Shown here piece after piece: positions 9,365 through 21,922 of a DNA stretch of 64,000 nucleotides. This stretch comes from Xylographa opegraphella (lineage: Eukaryota), in the NCBI GenBank assembly GCA_022813865.1, contig JALDZX010000004.1, positions 558,001-622,000 on the forward strand, written 5' to 3'. The translations under genes and the position numbers were made by a program. The notes beneath the pieces were generated by a model. The model was not told the origin of the DNA. It saw nothing but the letters and a program-made list of their open reading frames with translations, and ran no database searches. Position 1 is the stretch's first letter. Each line of letters begins with the position of its first letter.

Positions 9365-10819
9365 TCAGTCTTGCGCCAATCTTTGCTCTCTTTCTCCGGG
9401 CCCGACTCCCTCGGCTGTGGCAGCCCTCCAATCCCAGTACTCCTTCAGACGAATCGGCGCATATGCCGCGTAATCGAAGTCTATCTGCGAGATAGTCGCT
9501 TGGATCAGAGCCCAGATGCCCCAGTAGAGCCCAGGAATACCACGAAAGCGATCCACTTCTGCCAAGAGGCTGTCTACCTCCGCATTCAGATCCGACTCGT
9601 CCAACGAAGATTTCGTTGTCTCGATTTTAGAGATCGGATCATTGTTCGCCGTGTCCAGATGTTGGTAGTACGACAGGAGATATTCTTGAAGGAAAGCCCG
9701 GCGTGTGGACCGCGTTGGCAAGACGCTGTAGTCACAGTCAAAACCACCCCATTCCGCAAAATGGTTGGCAATATCAAAGGCGGCTGGACAAGGGGTAGTG
9801 TATTCGTAGTCAATGAAAGAAACCGTTCTGACGGTCTCCTTGGCATCAGCCTCAGACGGTAGTATGATGACATTTCCCGAGAGTAGGTCACAGTGGCCAA
9901 CGACAATCTAAAAGCTTAGCATAATGTTCTTGAGATGCAGATAATAGGGCAACAAACCCCATCTTTTCCTAGGCCAGGGTTGCTTCCCAACTCGACGACA
10001 GTACGTTCCAACTCCTGCTGTAACCTGGATTTGCGTTCCACCTCGACCTCTGTTCGTACTGGTAGCGCAAAAATCCATTTCTGGATGACAGTCCATATAT
10101 TGGGTGTAGGCTTATTAGGCGTAATAGCATTGATACTATCTAACGAAATTTTTGAGCTACCGACAGAGCCAAGGTAATCGAAATCCATTGGCTCACTTCC
10201 CAACGATGTCGTCGATTCTGTCGAGCGAACAGGAAGGACTGCGTGCCACTTCCCAAGTCTGCGTGCGACACCTCTCCAAATGGGCTCTTTTGTTAGGTCT
10301 TGTGACTGGCACACACATCCTCTAATGAACCGGTACATAAGACCATTCTGAAAGCGAGCAAGGAGCGGAGGAGCAAGATTATACTGGGCCAGAAGGAAGT
10401 GGGATGCCGATTCCCCTAGGATCATATCAGTATACCAATGCTTGACCAAGGTAAACGGGACGATATTACTTTCTCGATCAATGAGTACCTCCGTGCCTTT
10501 GCCATACGCCCGCAGCAGAACAGCTTCATTGTCGATCTCTTCGTCCGAATAACCAGGACGTCGCTTAATCGCTTTCAAGAGCTAATATTTCGTTAGTATC
10601 TGAGCTGGTCGTAAGTCTCTGCATCAACAAGTATTATCTGTTATCCCATACCGTGTTTGTGATCCCATCCTTGAAGCGTATAAACTCAATCTCTCCGCTG
10701 GTATGCTCCCAGTCTGGGAATAACGCAAGGACCAAACGAAGAGCGGAAGCGTAGGAGTCCGCATTATTGTAGGATAATGATATACGTCGTAAAGCGTTCG
10801 TAGAAGTGTGGTCACCCAT
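9365..10819 (-). CDS. EKI1: Ethanolamine/choline kinase (4 exons)
   Basis: Spliced frame MGDHTST...FKDGITNT|LLKAIK...VLLRAYGKGTEVLIDRE|...LLARFQNGLMYRF...|HCDLLSGNVII...FIDYEY...GLYWGIWALIQ. Contains the Brenner and choline-kinase motifs and three GT-AG introns. Confidence 0.92.
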
Positions 10820-11671
10820 TGCAGCCTATTTCCTCTGAAGTCATGCAACTCCTTAGGATGCTTGCTTGGAGGCCCTTCAAACCACCCACGTTCGTCAGTA
10901 ACAATCCACCAGACTTGTGTCTCCACAAAGGCATGACGAAAAGCATTTTCACCAAGGGTAATGAAGAAGGAATAATGTAAGTCAAGGGTGGTTCGTTATG
11001 CGCAAACAATACCCACGACGTCATACTACAGGAAGGGAGGCAACAAGAAATGTACTGCTACATACCCACAAATTCTCTCCTTCGTCGTCCGCAAAACAAG
11101 TAACTAGCGGGGCTGATTCAGAAGAGTAGCTTCATGCTCATATCCTGTCTCAATTCCAGATTCAATCGTGCTACTCGAGAGAGACAATTGATCTCGTGCT
11201 TCGAGGACCCGATGGAACGGCTAGACAATACGCCGAACCATCCGCTCCGGTCTCCGGTTGACTTTTGTGACACAATGGCAGCCTATTATTGTTCTTTGTT
11301 TTATCAGACTTGGGACGTGATTTGCTGGTCATCGTGACTGCTTTTCTCAGGGCACACATGTTTGGACTTCATACCGGAAGGCACTTCTGCTGAACGGAGT
11401 TCCGAAGCGGCGCGAGTTTGTTTCATCGTCCTCGGAGTACTCTTAACCATGGTCTTATCTCTTATCTCTTATCTTGACATCGACGCGCGAGAAGACAATT
11501 GATTGGCTGCACGAGAGTGTCAACCTCGATGGAGCGTTTAGCCATACTCAAAGCCGCGGGAAAAGAAATGAGCAAGATGGAACCCTGCCTGTGGAGGTCC
11601 CGATGTTGTCTTGAGAGTATGATACCGAGAGGCTCTCAGAGTCCTCGAGCTCAAGCATTGTTGCCTGAACC

Positions 11672-14175
11672 ATGCCGGCCGACCTCGAGCGCGCCACTGA
11701 GCGCACCCATTTGCTGCCAAATGGCACGAATGATAGACGACTGAGTTCTGTACAGCAAGATGGAGACTCCCGTTCCATACTTTCGTCCCACATCAGCAAA
11801 GACGAACAAGCGTTATTTGCGCAACCAATTGGAGAACGCTTGCCTTACAACGACTATACCACCATTGACTGGCTTCATGATCTGGTACTCTTCGTGACCT
11901 CAAATTCTAAGCGATTTGACTTACATACTTCAGGTCAAGGACTCGTTCCGATTCAGAGCAATTCATTCACGACCTGGCATAAGAAATGCCATCTACTCAG
12001 CGTTCGATTCTTGCCAGGGATGGATTGCAGCTGTCATAATCGGTGCTCTCACAGCGTGCGTCGCGTTCGCGGTCGATGTTGCAGCAGCTATTTTGAGCGA
12101 TTGGAAGATCGGTTACTGCTCGTCGAACTTCTGGTCTAATCGCGAGACATGCTGTACGAACCGGAGTCCGCTGAACATTGCTGAAGAGCTGGGGGAAGAC
12201 TGCAAGGCATGGCACACCTGGAGCTTTGACTATGGGGGAGCATTTGCTATATATGTGGGATTTGCACTTCTATTCGGCATCATTAGTGGCTCGGTGACTA
12301 TGTTGACGAAGAGCTCTTTGCCGGCCATCGCAGCCAAACAGGATGATGTTAAGAGTGGTAGGGAACAGGGGGTCGCAGGAAAGACAATGTATTTAGCTGC
12401 AGGGTCTGGAATTCCTGAGATCAAGACTATATTATCCGGATTCGTCATCCCGAATTTTCTCGACTTCAAGGTGTTGGCTGTAAAGGCGGTCGGATCCACT
12501 TTTGCTGTGGCTACTGGGATGTGCTTAGGTAAAGAGGGACCGTTTGTGCATATTTCGACTTGTGTGGCATATTTGGTGGGGATATGGTTTCCAAAATATC
12601 GTGATAATGGCCGGAAGATGAGAGAACTTCTTAGCGCTGGCTGCTCCGCAGGTTTATCGGTTGCTTTTGGAGCTCCGCTTGGCGGAGTCCTATTCAGTTA
12701 CGAGGTAGCAAATCCCTCTCGTGCTTCCAGATTGCAAGCTGATTTGCCAATAGGAGATAAGTACTTATTTTCCACGGAAAGTGCTCTGGCGTGCCTTTTT
12801 ATGTTCATTGACCGCTGCAGTGGTGCTGAGGGCATTAAATCCTACAGGCACTGGCAAGCTAGTTCTTTTCGAAACACACTATGGGACTTCATATAAGCCA
12901 GTCCATTATCTGATATTTGTAGTTCTTGGCCTTGCAGGCGGTCTGTTTGGTGGTGTGTTCTGCAAGGCAAACTTCTTGTGGTCCAAATCCTTTCGACAAA
13001 TTTCAGTCATCAAGAAGTATCCAGTATTCGAAGTCTTCCTTGTGGTACTGGTTACAGCGCTTCTTCAATACCCTAATCCCATTACAAGAGAACCTGGTGA
13101 TGTTATTATCAAGAACTTACTGGTAGACTGTCGAAGCTCGAAATACTCCTGGATATGCGAGAGGGAGACCGGTGAAGGCGATTCTGTTTATATTGGATGG
13201 CTTGTCTATGGCACTGCCGTGAAGCTTGTTCTAACGACCATTACCTTCGGATGCAAAGTTCCGTCGGGTGTTATCATTCCCGCTCTTGATGCAGGAGCTT
13301 TTTTCGGAAGACTCATTGGGCAATGGATCACGACCATCTCCCCAGGAATTTTTGCAATGGTTGGAGCGGCTGCCTTCCTAGCTGGAGTATCACGGATGAC
13401 AATATCATTAGTCGTTGTTATGTTCGAGGTAGTCTCTGTCTATTTATATCATGTCTGCTTTAGTGAGAGCACTAACACAACACAGCTTACTGGAGAACTG
13501 GAATACATAGTACCGAACATGATTGCCATTCTGGTAGCGAAATGGGTTGCGGACGCTTTGGAACGTGAGGGAGTCTACGACCTTGCTCAAACAGTTTTAG
13601 GACATCCCTTTCTGGACCTCGACCACTCTTTGAGTATTGTTCAGAAAGAAAACGCTCTCGTCGAAGTCCTCATTCCTCCACAGCAGACAATGGAAGAAAT
13701 TACTGTAGACGTACCCAAAGATGGTACCATCTCCCGCTACGTCCTGGACACGAAATTGGACCAGCTAAGACGGCGAGGTCTCATGGATGCTGGACTGGTC
13801 CTTGTACAGAATGGGTTGCTGCAAGGCTATCTTGCGGAAAGCGAGCTGGATTTCGGTCTGAATAATTTGGGTCGCTTATGGGAAGCCACTTCGCGCATAC
13901 GACTATTAGGAAATGCCGATGAAGGTGATTTTGATCTCTCGATGTTTGTGGATCGCACTCCATTAGCGATTTGCGCTTCCGCGCCTGTGGAGTATGCCGT
14001 GGAAATGTTTGGTAAGTTAGGGCTACGATATCTCATTGTGGTCGAGGAGGGCTCTTCGAAGGTGGTTGGGGTAAGCTGTCTTTGGCTCCATATGCTACCC
14101 ACGGATTGCTAAAAACCGTCTCAGGTGATCATCAAGAAGCGCTTAGTAGTGTGGCTTGAGAAGAAGAAGCATTGA
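11672..14175 (+). CDS. CLC-family chloride/proton exchanger with CBS domains (5 exons)
   Basis: DYTTIDWLHD, GSGIPEIK, GKEGP (gating Glu), GGVLFSYE|EIS (proton Glu), PSGVIIP and C-terminal CBS (MFGKLGLRY). Introns near 11885, 12705, 13429 and 14071; stop TGA 14173-14175. Confidence 0.93.
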
Positions 14176-14936
14176 TCAGCACAGCCAAGGCCTGTACGAT
14201 ATTCTTAGTATTGTAGAATCAATGGTCCTTGTACTGCTCCACCGGTTGTCAACGTGACCAATCAAAAGAACCAATCTCTATGGTTGTTTTTATGAAGCAT
14301 AGGTAGTTTACTCCCCGTTTGGTCCTAGCAAATTGCTCAGCGCTGACCATTGTGTCCATCTTGTCCCCAATCGCCACAACATAGCCACGACAGTTTGCTA
14401 TTCAGACCCTCTCCACTTCTGGACTTTAGTTTGATTCTGCAGGACCTGGTCCAAAACATGTGCAGGGCCCACGCTCGAATTGAAGTCTATCGAATGACGC
14501 GGTCAGTATAGGCCGAGCGGATGGAAGTCTGTTCCTGTTGTTTATTCGTTGCGGCAGGCAGATCCCTGGTCTGTTCTATTGTAAGACCTTGACTCTTACA
14601 GTATCTGTGCCGCTTCGGTGCCATTGCTGGGCGAAACCCTAGGAAAGGTACCAGTACGACTAGAACATGGATGTAGTAATGGCAAATCGAGGCGAATCAG
14701 ACTTGCAGGCACCGCTGAATCGAGATTTCCAAACAGCGCCGTGGCTAATGGGGTTCACCGTTTGTGAGAAGCGCTGTGCTCTAGGTGTGATGTTGGCGCA
14801 GTCTTTGTGCAACCTGCCTGATGGGATTCGTGGTTAGGCGCTGCGACTGAGCTCACGCTCGATTCCATACTCTCCAAGCTCTATCGTCGATATCCTTTCT
14901 AGAGGCGATGAATCTATAGCTTGTACTGCATTGATA

Positions 14937-17900
14937 ATGGCAGGCACTTTCCATGGCCAAGCTTCAAAGCAACAACTCACTACGCTTGACCAGACCCATG
15001 ACGATCAGGTTGGGAATTCCCCAAAAGACAGCGAGGAAGCTGCACAGATACAATTGCCTCCCTCACTGAATTCGATCGGTAACCCTGTAAATACTGAAGA
15101 GGGATCCAAGGCAGACTTGCTAGACCCTTGGGAATGGATGAGCTATATTATGCACGGTCACAGTCTCCCAATGGTGGGTCGTATCGCATTTCCCTCGCTC
15201 ATGCACTTGGTGCTCCACAGAAGAATACTTTATGCATTTCCAGGATAGTTTTGCAGCTCAAACATCGGACTTTGGCAACGAAGACTATACTGCCTCGCTC
15301 ACCGACTGCCACGAAATCCTACAACTGACAGCACCTGACCCATTATGTGGCTTGGTCTACGCACGTGGGGATTTCCCAGGTACTGCAGAATCTATGCTGG
15401 CCAGAGCCCAGAATCGCGATGATGGTGGTGGAAAAGGAACATTTGGCATCCAGTTATTGCAAGATCCCTGTCGCGAATACCAGCTTGGGAACATCTACGT
15501 CCATGGGCTCTTCAATTACCGATGGCCATTTATCGAATATGTCATCCGGATCAAGGATGCACATGAAGGCTTGTTACACATATGTTCATTCGTGCATCAG
15601 AAAGCTGTCTATCAGATTGCGCATGTGCAGCTACCAGCAGAAAGCAGTGCCGAAACACGAACTGCACCTACAGAGAATGAGACACGACCTCGATCCAAAA
15701 CCTTTCATTTCCGGGTTGGGGGACAGATAACTTTTGGTTGCATGTGCACAGGCGTTGAAGGAACGTCGTCGAAGTTCTCTTGCATTATCCAGCAGATGGA
15801 CGACGGCAAATCTTTCTTGTCACGCCACCAGTAAAGCTTGCGAAGCGCAAAATCTGTGTCGCTGCCAATTAGGTATGCAAATCTTTCTTAATGGTGAGCG
15901 AAGGCAGATGAAGGTGCTTCCAACAGGGGGGTTATTTACGAGCGCGGACCCACAAAACAAGCCCAACGACACAGATTCACTGAAAATGGATTCGGAAAGC
16001 AGCCCACTACGCGATAACTGTATTAACATCTCTGAAATGATTGATGTTGAACTCGAAACTGGGAAAGGCTGTCTTTTAATGCTTGTCTTCGCGTTTACTA
16101 ATGAACCCGTGCCAATACTTCCCCGACATGCCGTTAGAGATATCCTTGGAGTGACTAGTGGACTGAACAACTGTGTGGGCCCTATATGGAACAATAATTC
16201 GATCAACAGCAGTGATCAAGTTAATGCAGATAACATACACTCTATTGCCCGATGTGTCGAATATATTTGCTCTGTGAAAGCTATACCTATACCCATACCG
16301 GGATTTCGAAGTGATTCGCCGGTTAAAGTCGACTTACGCTCTAGTCACAACGGAAGAGCTACCTCCGGATGATGTAGGATTGAAGTCCGCTGTCAGGTCC
16401 AACAGGACATCTATCCACCACCAAGTGGAACCGTCCTTCACCGCCTTTTCAGTAAGCCCTCAATCCGAAGTTCCACAGATCTCAGATTCAATCCAAGCTA
16501 AGGTAAATGATCCTTCCCAGCAGAGCATAGGGAGTAGTACGATTCTACCACCAGCTACGTCTACCTTACGTCAACCAGATGATGGAGAGTTGCTACCACG
16601 TTCGGTCTCACTTCCCGTGTCCGGACAGTCACTACTAATCGCTGGAGACTTGAAGGCCCGATCCGATGAGAATTACCGGATTGGTATAGGGGAAGTAGAC
16701 GATAAGGACTATACTCACGAGGTTCTAGCTGTTGCGCTTGTTCGCAACATCATGAATTCCCCGTATGTAGATTTGGAAGATGCGTTGTACGACAACATTT
16801 TATGTAAAGCAATTGTATTCATTAACTAATACTCTACCAGTTGGCAGCTTCGTTTTCTGGTTAAACCCGGCCAGTTTCTGCAACGCCAATTCGGAGATTT
16901 CGATTCTCCAGCGAATATACTGGAAATGCGACCACATGGCAGCAAATTCCATGAAACATCAGTGGCCGCCTGCAAGCAATACCAGACAAGACTACGGGGC
17001 GTTATAAAAGGAGTTCTATTATGGATTGTAAATCTAAAGTGGAATACGAACTCTATGTCAGTCATGCAGACTGATGAAGATATGGACCCTCATCGATATT
17101 TACGTCTTACAACGAATCACCAGAATCAAGAGTTCTGGATCTTTAGCAACCAAATTGAAACGACCGCAAACTACTCGAAGTATCAGCCTTTCTCGTCCTC
17201 TAAATGGCAGAGGTCCTGCTTTGTCTCAATTTCAATAAACTATGTCCTGACCTCCTGTGCTTGGATAGCTAAGGAACTAGCCTTGAAAAGCGAGTTGTGC
17301 GAAAGTCTCCCGACGCTCTCCATTATGAGAGCGCCTCGTGATCTGACAATGAAAACAGCGCTGTTGCAATGGTTGCATTCGTCTTGTCTGTACAATATAC
17401 TTGAAATGGTTAACAAAATACCAGCTGGAGACGTTGAGACAATCTATTGGTCCCACGTTGAGAATCTCAAACGTCTGTGCTCAAAGCTTATAAAGTCGTC
17501 ACAGAACGCCGACTTCGACCTTTATACTGAGGAAGAGGAGGAAACTCATCGGCTTATCCTTGCGTTTCATGAATTAAGCTCGAATATCGCTTCTAACGAC
17601 TATGCATTAGGCTATGTTTTAAAAAAGATTCAATGTCGAGTAGCCACCAGGGTGATTAATACTGGAATCAGTGATTCAGAACGGGTAGCTCCTACTCAGG
17701 CTCCGTGGAAACTCTCATGTCTGAATCACCACACTGCTCTCAAAGTCGCCATCAAGCGGATCGACAGCGATAATTGCAAAGCTGCTAAAGATGCCTGCTC
17801 CAAATTTCAGTCGTCAGATTTGATGTTTCTCCCAACATGGGACAGAACTAGACCTAGTATGCTAGAAGGTTGGTGGAATACAGATGTCTCTAGTATAGTC

Positions 17901-20342
17901 TGTGCTACTCTTCTCGACCTCTGTGGTCGTCCTATTGGTAAGACTACGTATCGTCTGTGCCACGCAGCAACGCGGCTGATGTATACAGACAACGAGGATT
18001 CAATAACAGTACAGAACCAAAATATGGTAGAATATAGCTCTCCCACCATGAAGAGCAATTCGTTACCAGTCAAGTGGAAGTGGCTCACCACTGCACCAGT
18101 ATTCCATGATGAATGGATTCAGTCGTTAGAAGACACACCTGATGGATTTCACAACTCCCAGACAAAGACTATCAGTCTTCGACATTCGTTGAATCTATAC
18201 CTAAGGAGCTTTGAAGACTTTGGCAAAGACCCTCCATCTTATTCACGTGATAATATATATGAACTAGTACCCGCAGAAGACTTACTATACTTTAGCCTTT
18301 TTGATATTGATATAAACTTTCCATTCACGATTTATTATTGCGGTCCCGATGATCTGGACTTACCGAGATACAGAGACCGCTTTTCCGAGGTTATACGTGC
18401 CCCCAAGAGTTCTGAAAGCTTACTGTGGGCGTGGGTGATTGATGGTCATCCCTGGGAGTGCTTAAACAATACCGAAAGATTATCTGATGAATTCAGAGTC
18501 AAATTGCAAAGGCCAAATTTGAGACAAGATTTGTTTAAGGATCATCAATCCGAGATCTTACGGCGCCTTAGTGATAGTGTAAGCCTATGACCAAACATGC
18601 AGTGCGGACATACAACAGTGGCTGACTATCTTGCAGTTAGTGGATCAAAACATCAAATTCCGTATCATGTAAGCAAGTAGAATTCTCGTGAGCACGGTTC
18701 ATTCAATTAATGGTTATCTTCCAGGTTGCTTCAACGTTGCAGCCCGACCGTAGTACAGGCGTTCGTTTATATGTGGCATCCCCGCGCCATAGACACGTTT
18801 GACAATTCTTCGGCTCAGTTAGTAATCATGCGGACTCCCGAGAGACTCAATCATGGAGTACCTCAATCGCGGTGGTTCATTGGGCATTTGACCCGCCAAC
18901 TTGCAATCTCGATATCAACTCCACATCCGTCCGAAGTAGATATAGTGAGGATCGACTTCGAGGCGAATGCCCGCCTAGAAATGTCAGGATGTTATCGAAG
19001 CACGATATAAATAAGCGATTCATCCCTGGTTATATAGAGGAACGATCTTCAATAATAGTTATAACCGGTGATCCGAAGGGCTACATGTGGACTTGCTCCA
19101 TATGGTCGTCCCTAATAGAAACAAGGCACTTACCAGTGTTATCCATCCAAACGATTTCCGAGCGCTTCAAACATCAACTATCGACTGGAAGAGATCTTAT
19201 CTTTCTAGCGCTGTTAGGCTGTCTTATGTGAGAGGCTCTCCGCCGTGCTAGAGGAAGGGCTAGAAAATCTGAAGAGCTACGTGGAGCTGGGGGTGTGTAA
19301 TATACATTAGATGTTCACCATGTACTTATACTATTTCCAGCAAAATGTCTTCCTCGAAGGATACGACTGGGAGGGGGATGATGATGTTGACAAACTGAGG
19401 AGTATGCTCTGGGGTTTAGAGGCTCTTAAAATGTTTGATGCGCGGCTGGCCCCTTCCTTGCACAAAATTGAGGCCGCACGTAGAGATATAGTGCTACGAA
19501 TGGAAGGCGTATGTACTCAATTGGTCCGCGTTGTGAGCTTAGTGCTCACCGAAACATTTAGGAACCAGGTATACGACACAGCGAACTTGATCGGGCATAC
19601 CGGCTTGAAGTGGAAAATTTTGAAAAGCGCCATAGACTCTTGCTCGGCGTTCACCAGAGGATCAGCTTGAAGATAGCACAGGTGACCAGTTTACGTGATG
19701 GTGTGAGTACTTGGGATCACCAGTTTTGATCCTGGCATTCGGCGTTCTTGATACTGATCGATATTCTGGTAGCTATCGGCAGTGACAAACGTCCAGGACA
19801 GTCGCATCGCTATAAAGTAAGGGAACAATATCCGTATGCTGACGTATATCACGATCGCATATCTGCCACTTGGATTCATCACGGTGAGATGTGCTTTCGA
19901 CCGCTTTCTGTATAGGGAGGTCGGGCAGCTGACGCTTGGAAGGCGCTTTTCTCTATGGGCCACGGGATAGTACCCGATGATGCGGGTAGTGTTTTGTTTG
20001 CTGTTCTCGTGGTATTGTTCGTGCTGGCAACGTACTGCCTCGCCCTCAGCCTGGACAGCATATTCAAGCTCAACAACCACTTGATGAAAACTTTGAAATT
20101 GAACCATCCAAACAAGCTTCGTAATCCGCTATGGTTCATGTCATGGGTTGAAGCAGACCCCGCCCATCACGACCGACGCGGCTGTAGCGCGAGAAGCGAC
20201 AGGTGTTGTCTCACGGCCTTCTGGAACCAAACCTACTGTGGACCACAGATTCGGTATTTTCAGACGGCGGCGAAGAGTCGCGGAGAGCGATCCTGCTTCT
20301 GCGGAAAAAGGCGTCGTGGTGGAATCTACTGAGCACTCTTGA
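14937..20342 (+). pseudogene. Large multi-exon gene ending in a CorA/ZntB-like two-TM domain, apparently frameshifted
   Basis: Chain of same-strand ORFs (15232-15834, 15734-16372, 16311-16829, 16926-18590, 18872-19231 and onward) with GT-AG introns. C-terminal MLTYITIAYLPLGFIT|ALFSM...VLFAVLVVLFVLATY is CorA-like. Frame switches without usable introns occur near 15810, 19225 and probably 16330 and 20140. Boundaries are approximate. Confidence 0.6.
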
Positions 20343-21063
20343 ATTTCGCATTCACGTTAGGCTGATGCTTAGAATTGACTTCTCAGCAATGTATAGTGAT
20401 CATGGCTTTCGTCGTCGGAACCACTAATCCAGTGCAAACTTACGAACAACACAAAGCCTATTGGGATCTTGATATCTGAAATTTCCTTATCTACGCGGAA
20501 GCTTGGGAGTCGATGTAGTGCTCTGTGGTAGTGAGCTCCGAATCGGATGGGGAGTTTGGGATAATTTTTAGCCAATGCAGCACTGTCTTGAATCTGGTTT
20601 TTGAGGCTGGCGTCAGAGAAAGCCGAAATCTACAGCATGCGTCCGGAGTAACTACAGCATGAGAGTGAACTGGGGATCGGGTTTGATAGACCATGGACGG
20701 GCATGATAGTGGCACAAAGCAACGAATCGCTCGTGATACATTGATACAAGTAGAATTGGGAGCCTGAGCTGGGTAGATTCTAGTGTTGCATCACAGGCAG
20801 TTGAAATTCCGTAGCACACGAGCTATACTTCAGCACAATAGTATTATCCAAGCGGGCCTGAATACAGGAAGTTCTTGTGATCAAACTTATCCTCTGCAGC
20901 CAATACTCTCACGTAAAAAGCCAAGAAAGAACGGCCCCCAGGCAAGGACCAGTGCCAGCAAGAAAGCAAAGCAACGCCCATCAACCCCAGAAAGCTGACC
21001 CGCGAGGTAACCTTCAATGCTAAACCTCCGGCAAAACATTTTATCATGACATCCTCTTCACGA

Positions 21064-21922
21064 TCAGAGCAAAAGCGCAAGAACGCCGGCGAGGACGACT
21101 CCACCACTGATGACCTTCGCATCCGCACTGCCGGAGTCCGGGATCGCAGTCGTGGGTGTCGACGCAGGAGGCAGGCCGGAACTTGAGCTCAGCGCGGACG
21201 TCAGGAGGGTGAAGTTAGCGCAGGTGAGGCGGGTGGTATTGCTCAAATGGATGACCAGAGAGCGGTTGCCGAAGAAGGTACTCGCCCCGGGCCGGTCGGA
21301 GAGGTAGAGATCAAGATAGCTATTCCTCCCATCAGTACATATTCCGTCCATGTAGTCTGCAACAGAGGCGAGGTCGATCAACGCTTACGTCGCTTGGAAA
21401 GGCGAGGTGGTCATGTTCCCGTGCTTGCCTGCCAGATCCCCAACTTGGCACATCTGCGGCGTGCTCGGATCGCAAGGCGGGATCTCGCCGCGCGCGTAGG
21501 GGTCGAGGTGAGCGCCGGTGCCGGTACAGTTGCCGTCGGAGGGAACGGGGGATTCGTGGATGTGGTACACTAGCGGCAAGGTCAATTATTGGGGAGTCCC
21601 TCGAAACCTGATGTTCAGAGAGGAGTGGACCCTTGCGGAACGGGCCAAGGGCGGCTTCGTCAGAGAATCCATAGATATTGGTGCTGAACACGATACCGGT
21701 TCCGTTGGTGACCGACGATCCGATGATGTAGCCACGAAAGCCGGTGGTTGTGCTCTGGGGTAGAACGGCTTGGTAGGTCATGCCGATGATGTTATTGGAG
21801 ATGATGGTGGCATCGCCAAGCTTGCCTGTCGTGCCTGGGACGATGGACCCGAATATTGAGCCCGCTTGTGCATCAACGAGAGCCAAAGTGGCTGTTACGA
21901 GGGTGAGCACGTTGCGATACAT
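21064..21922 (-). CDS. Secreted GPI-anchored Cu/Zn-SOD-family protein, Cu-only SOD4/5 type (3 exons)
   Basis: Signal peptide; YHIHESPV..GNCTGTGAHLDP...CQVGDLAGKHG...FFGNRSLVIH..TRLTCANF; Ser/Thr stalk; hydrophobic C-terminal GPI signal (VISGGVVLAGVLALLL). Confidence 0.9.
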
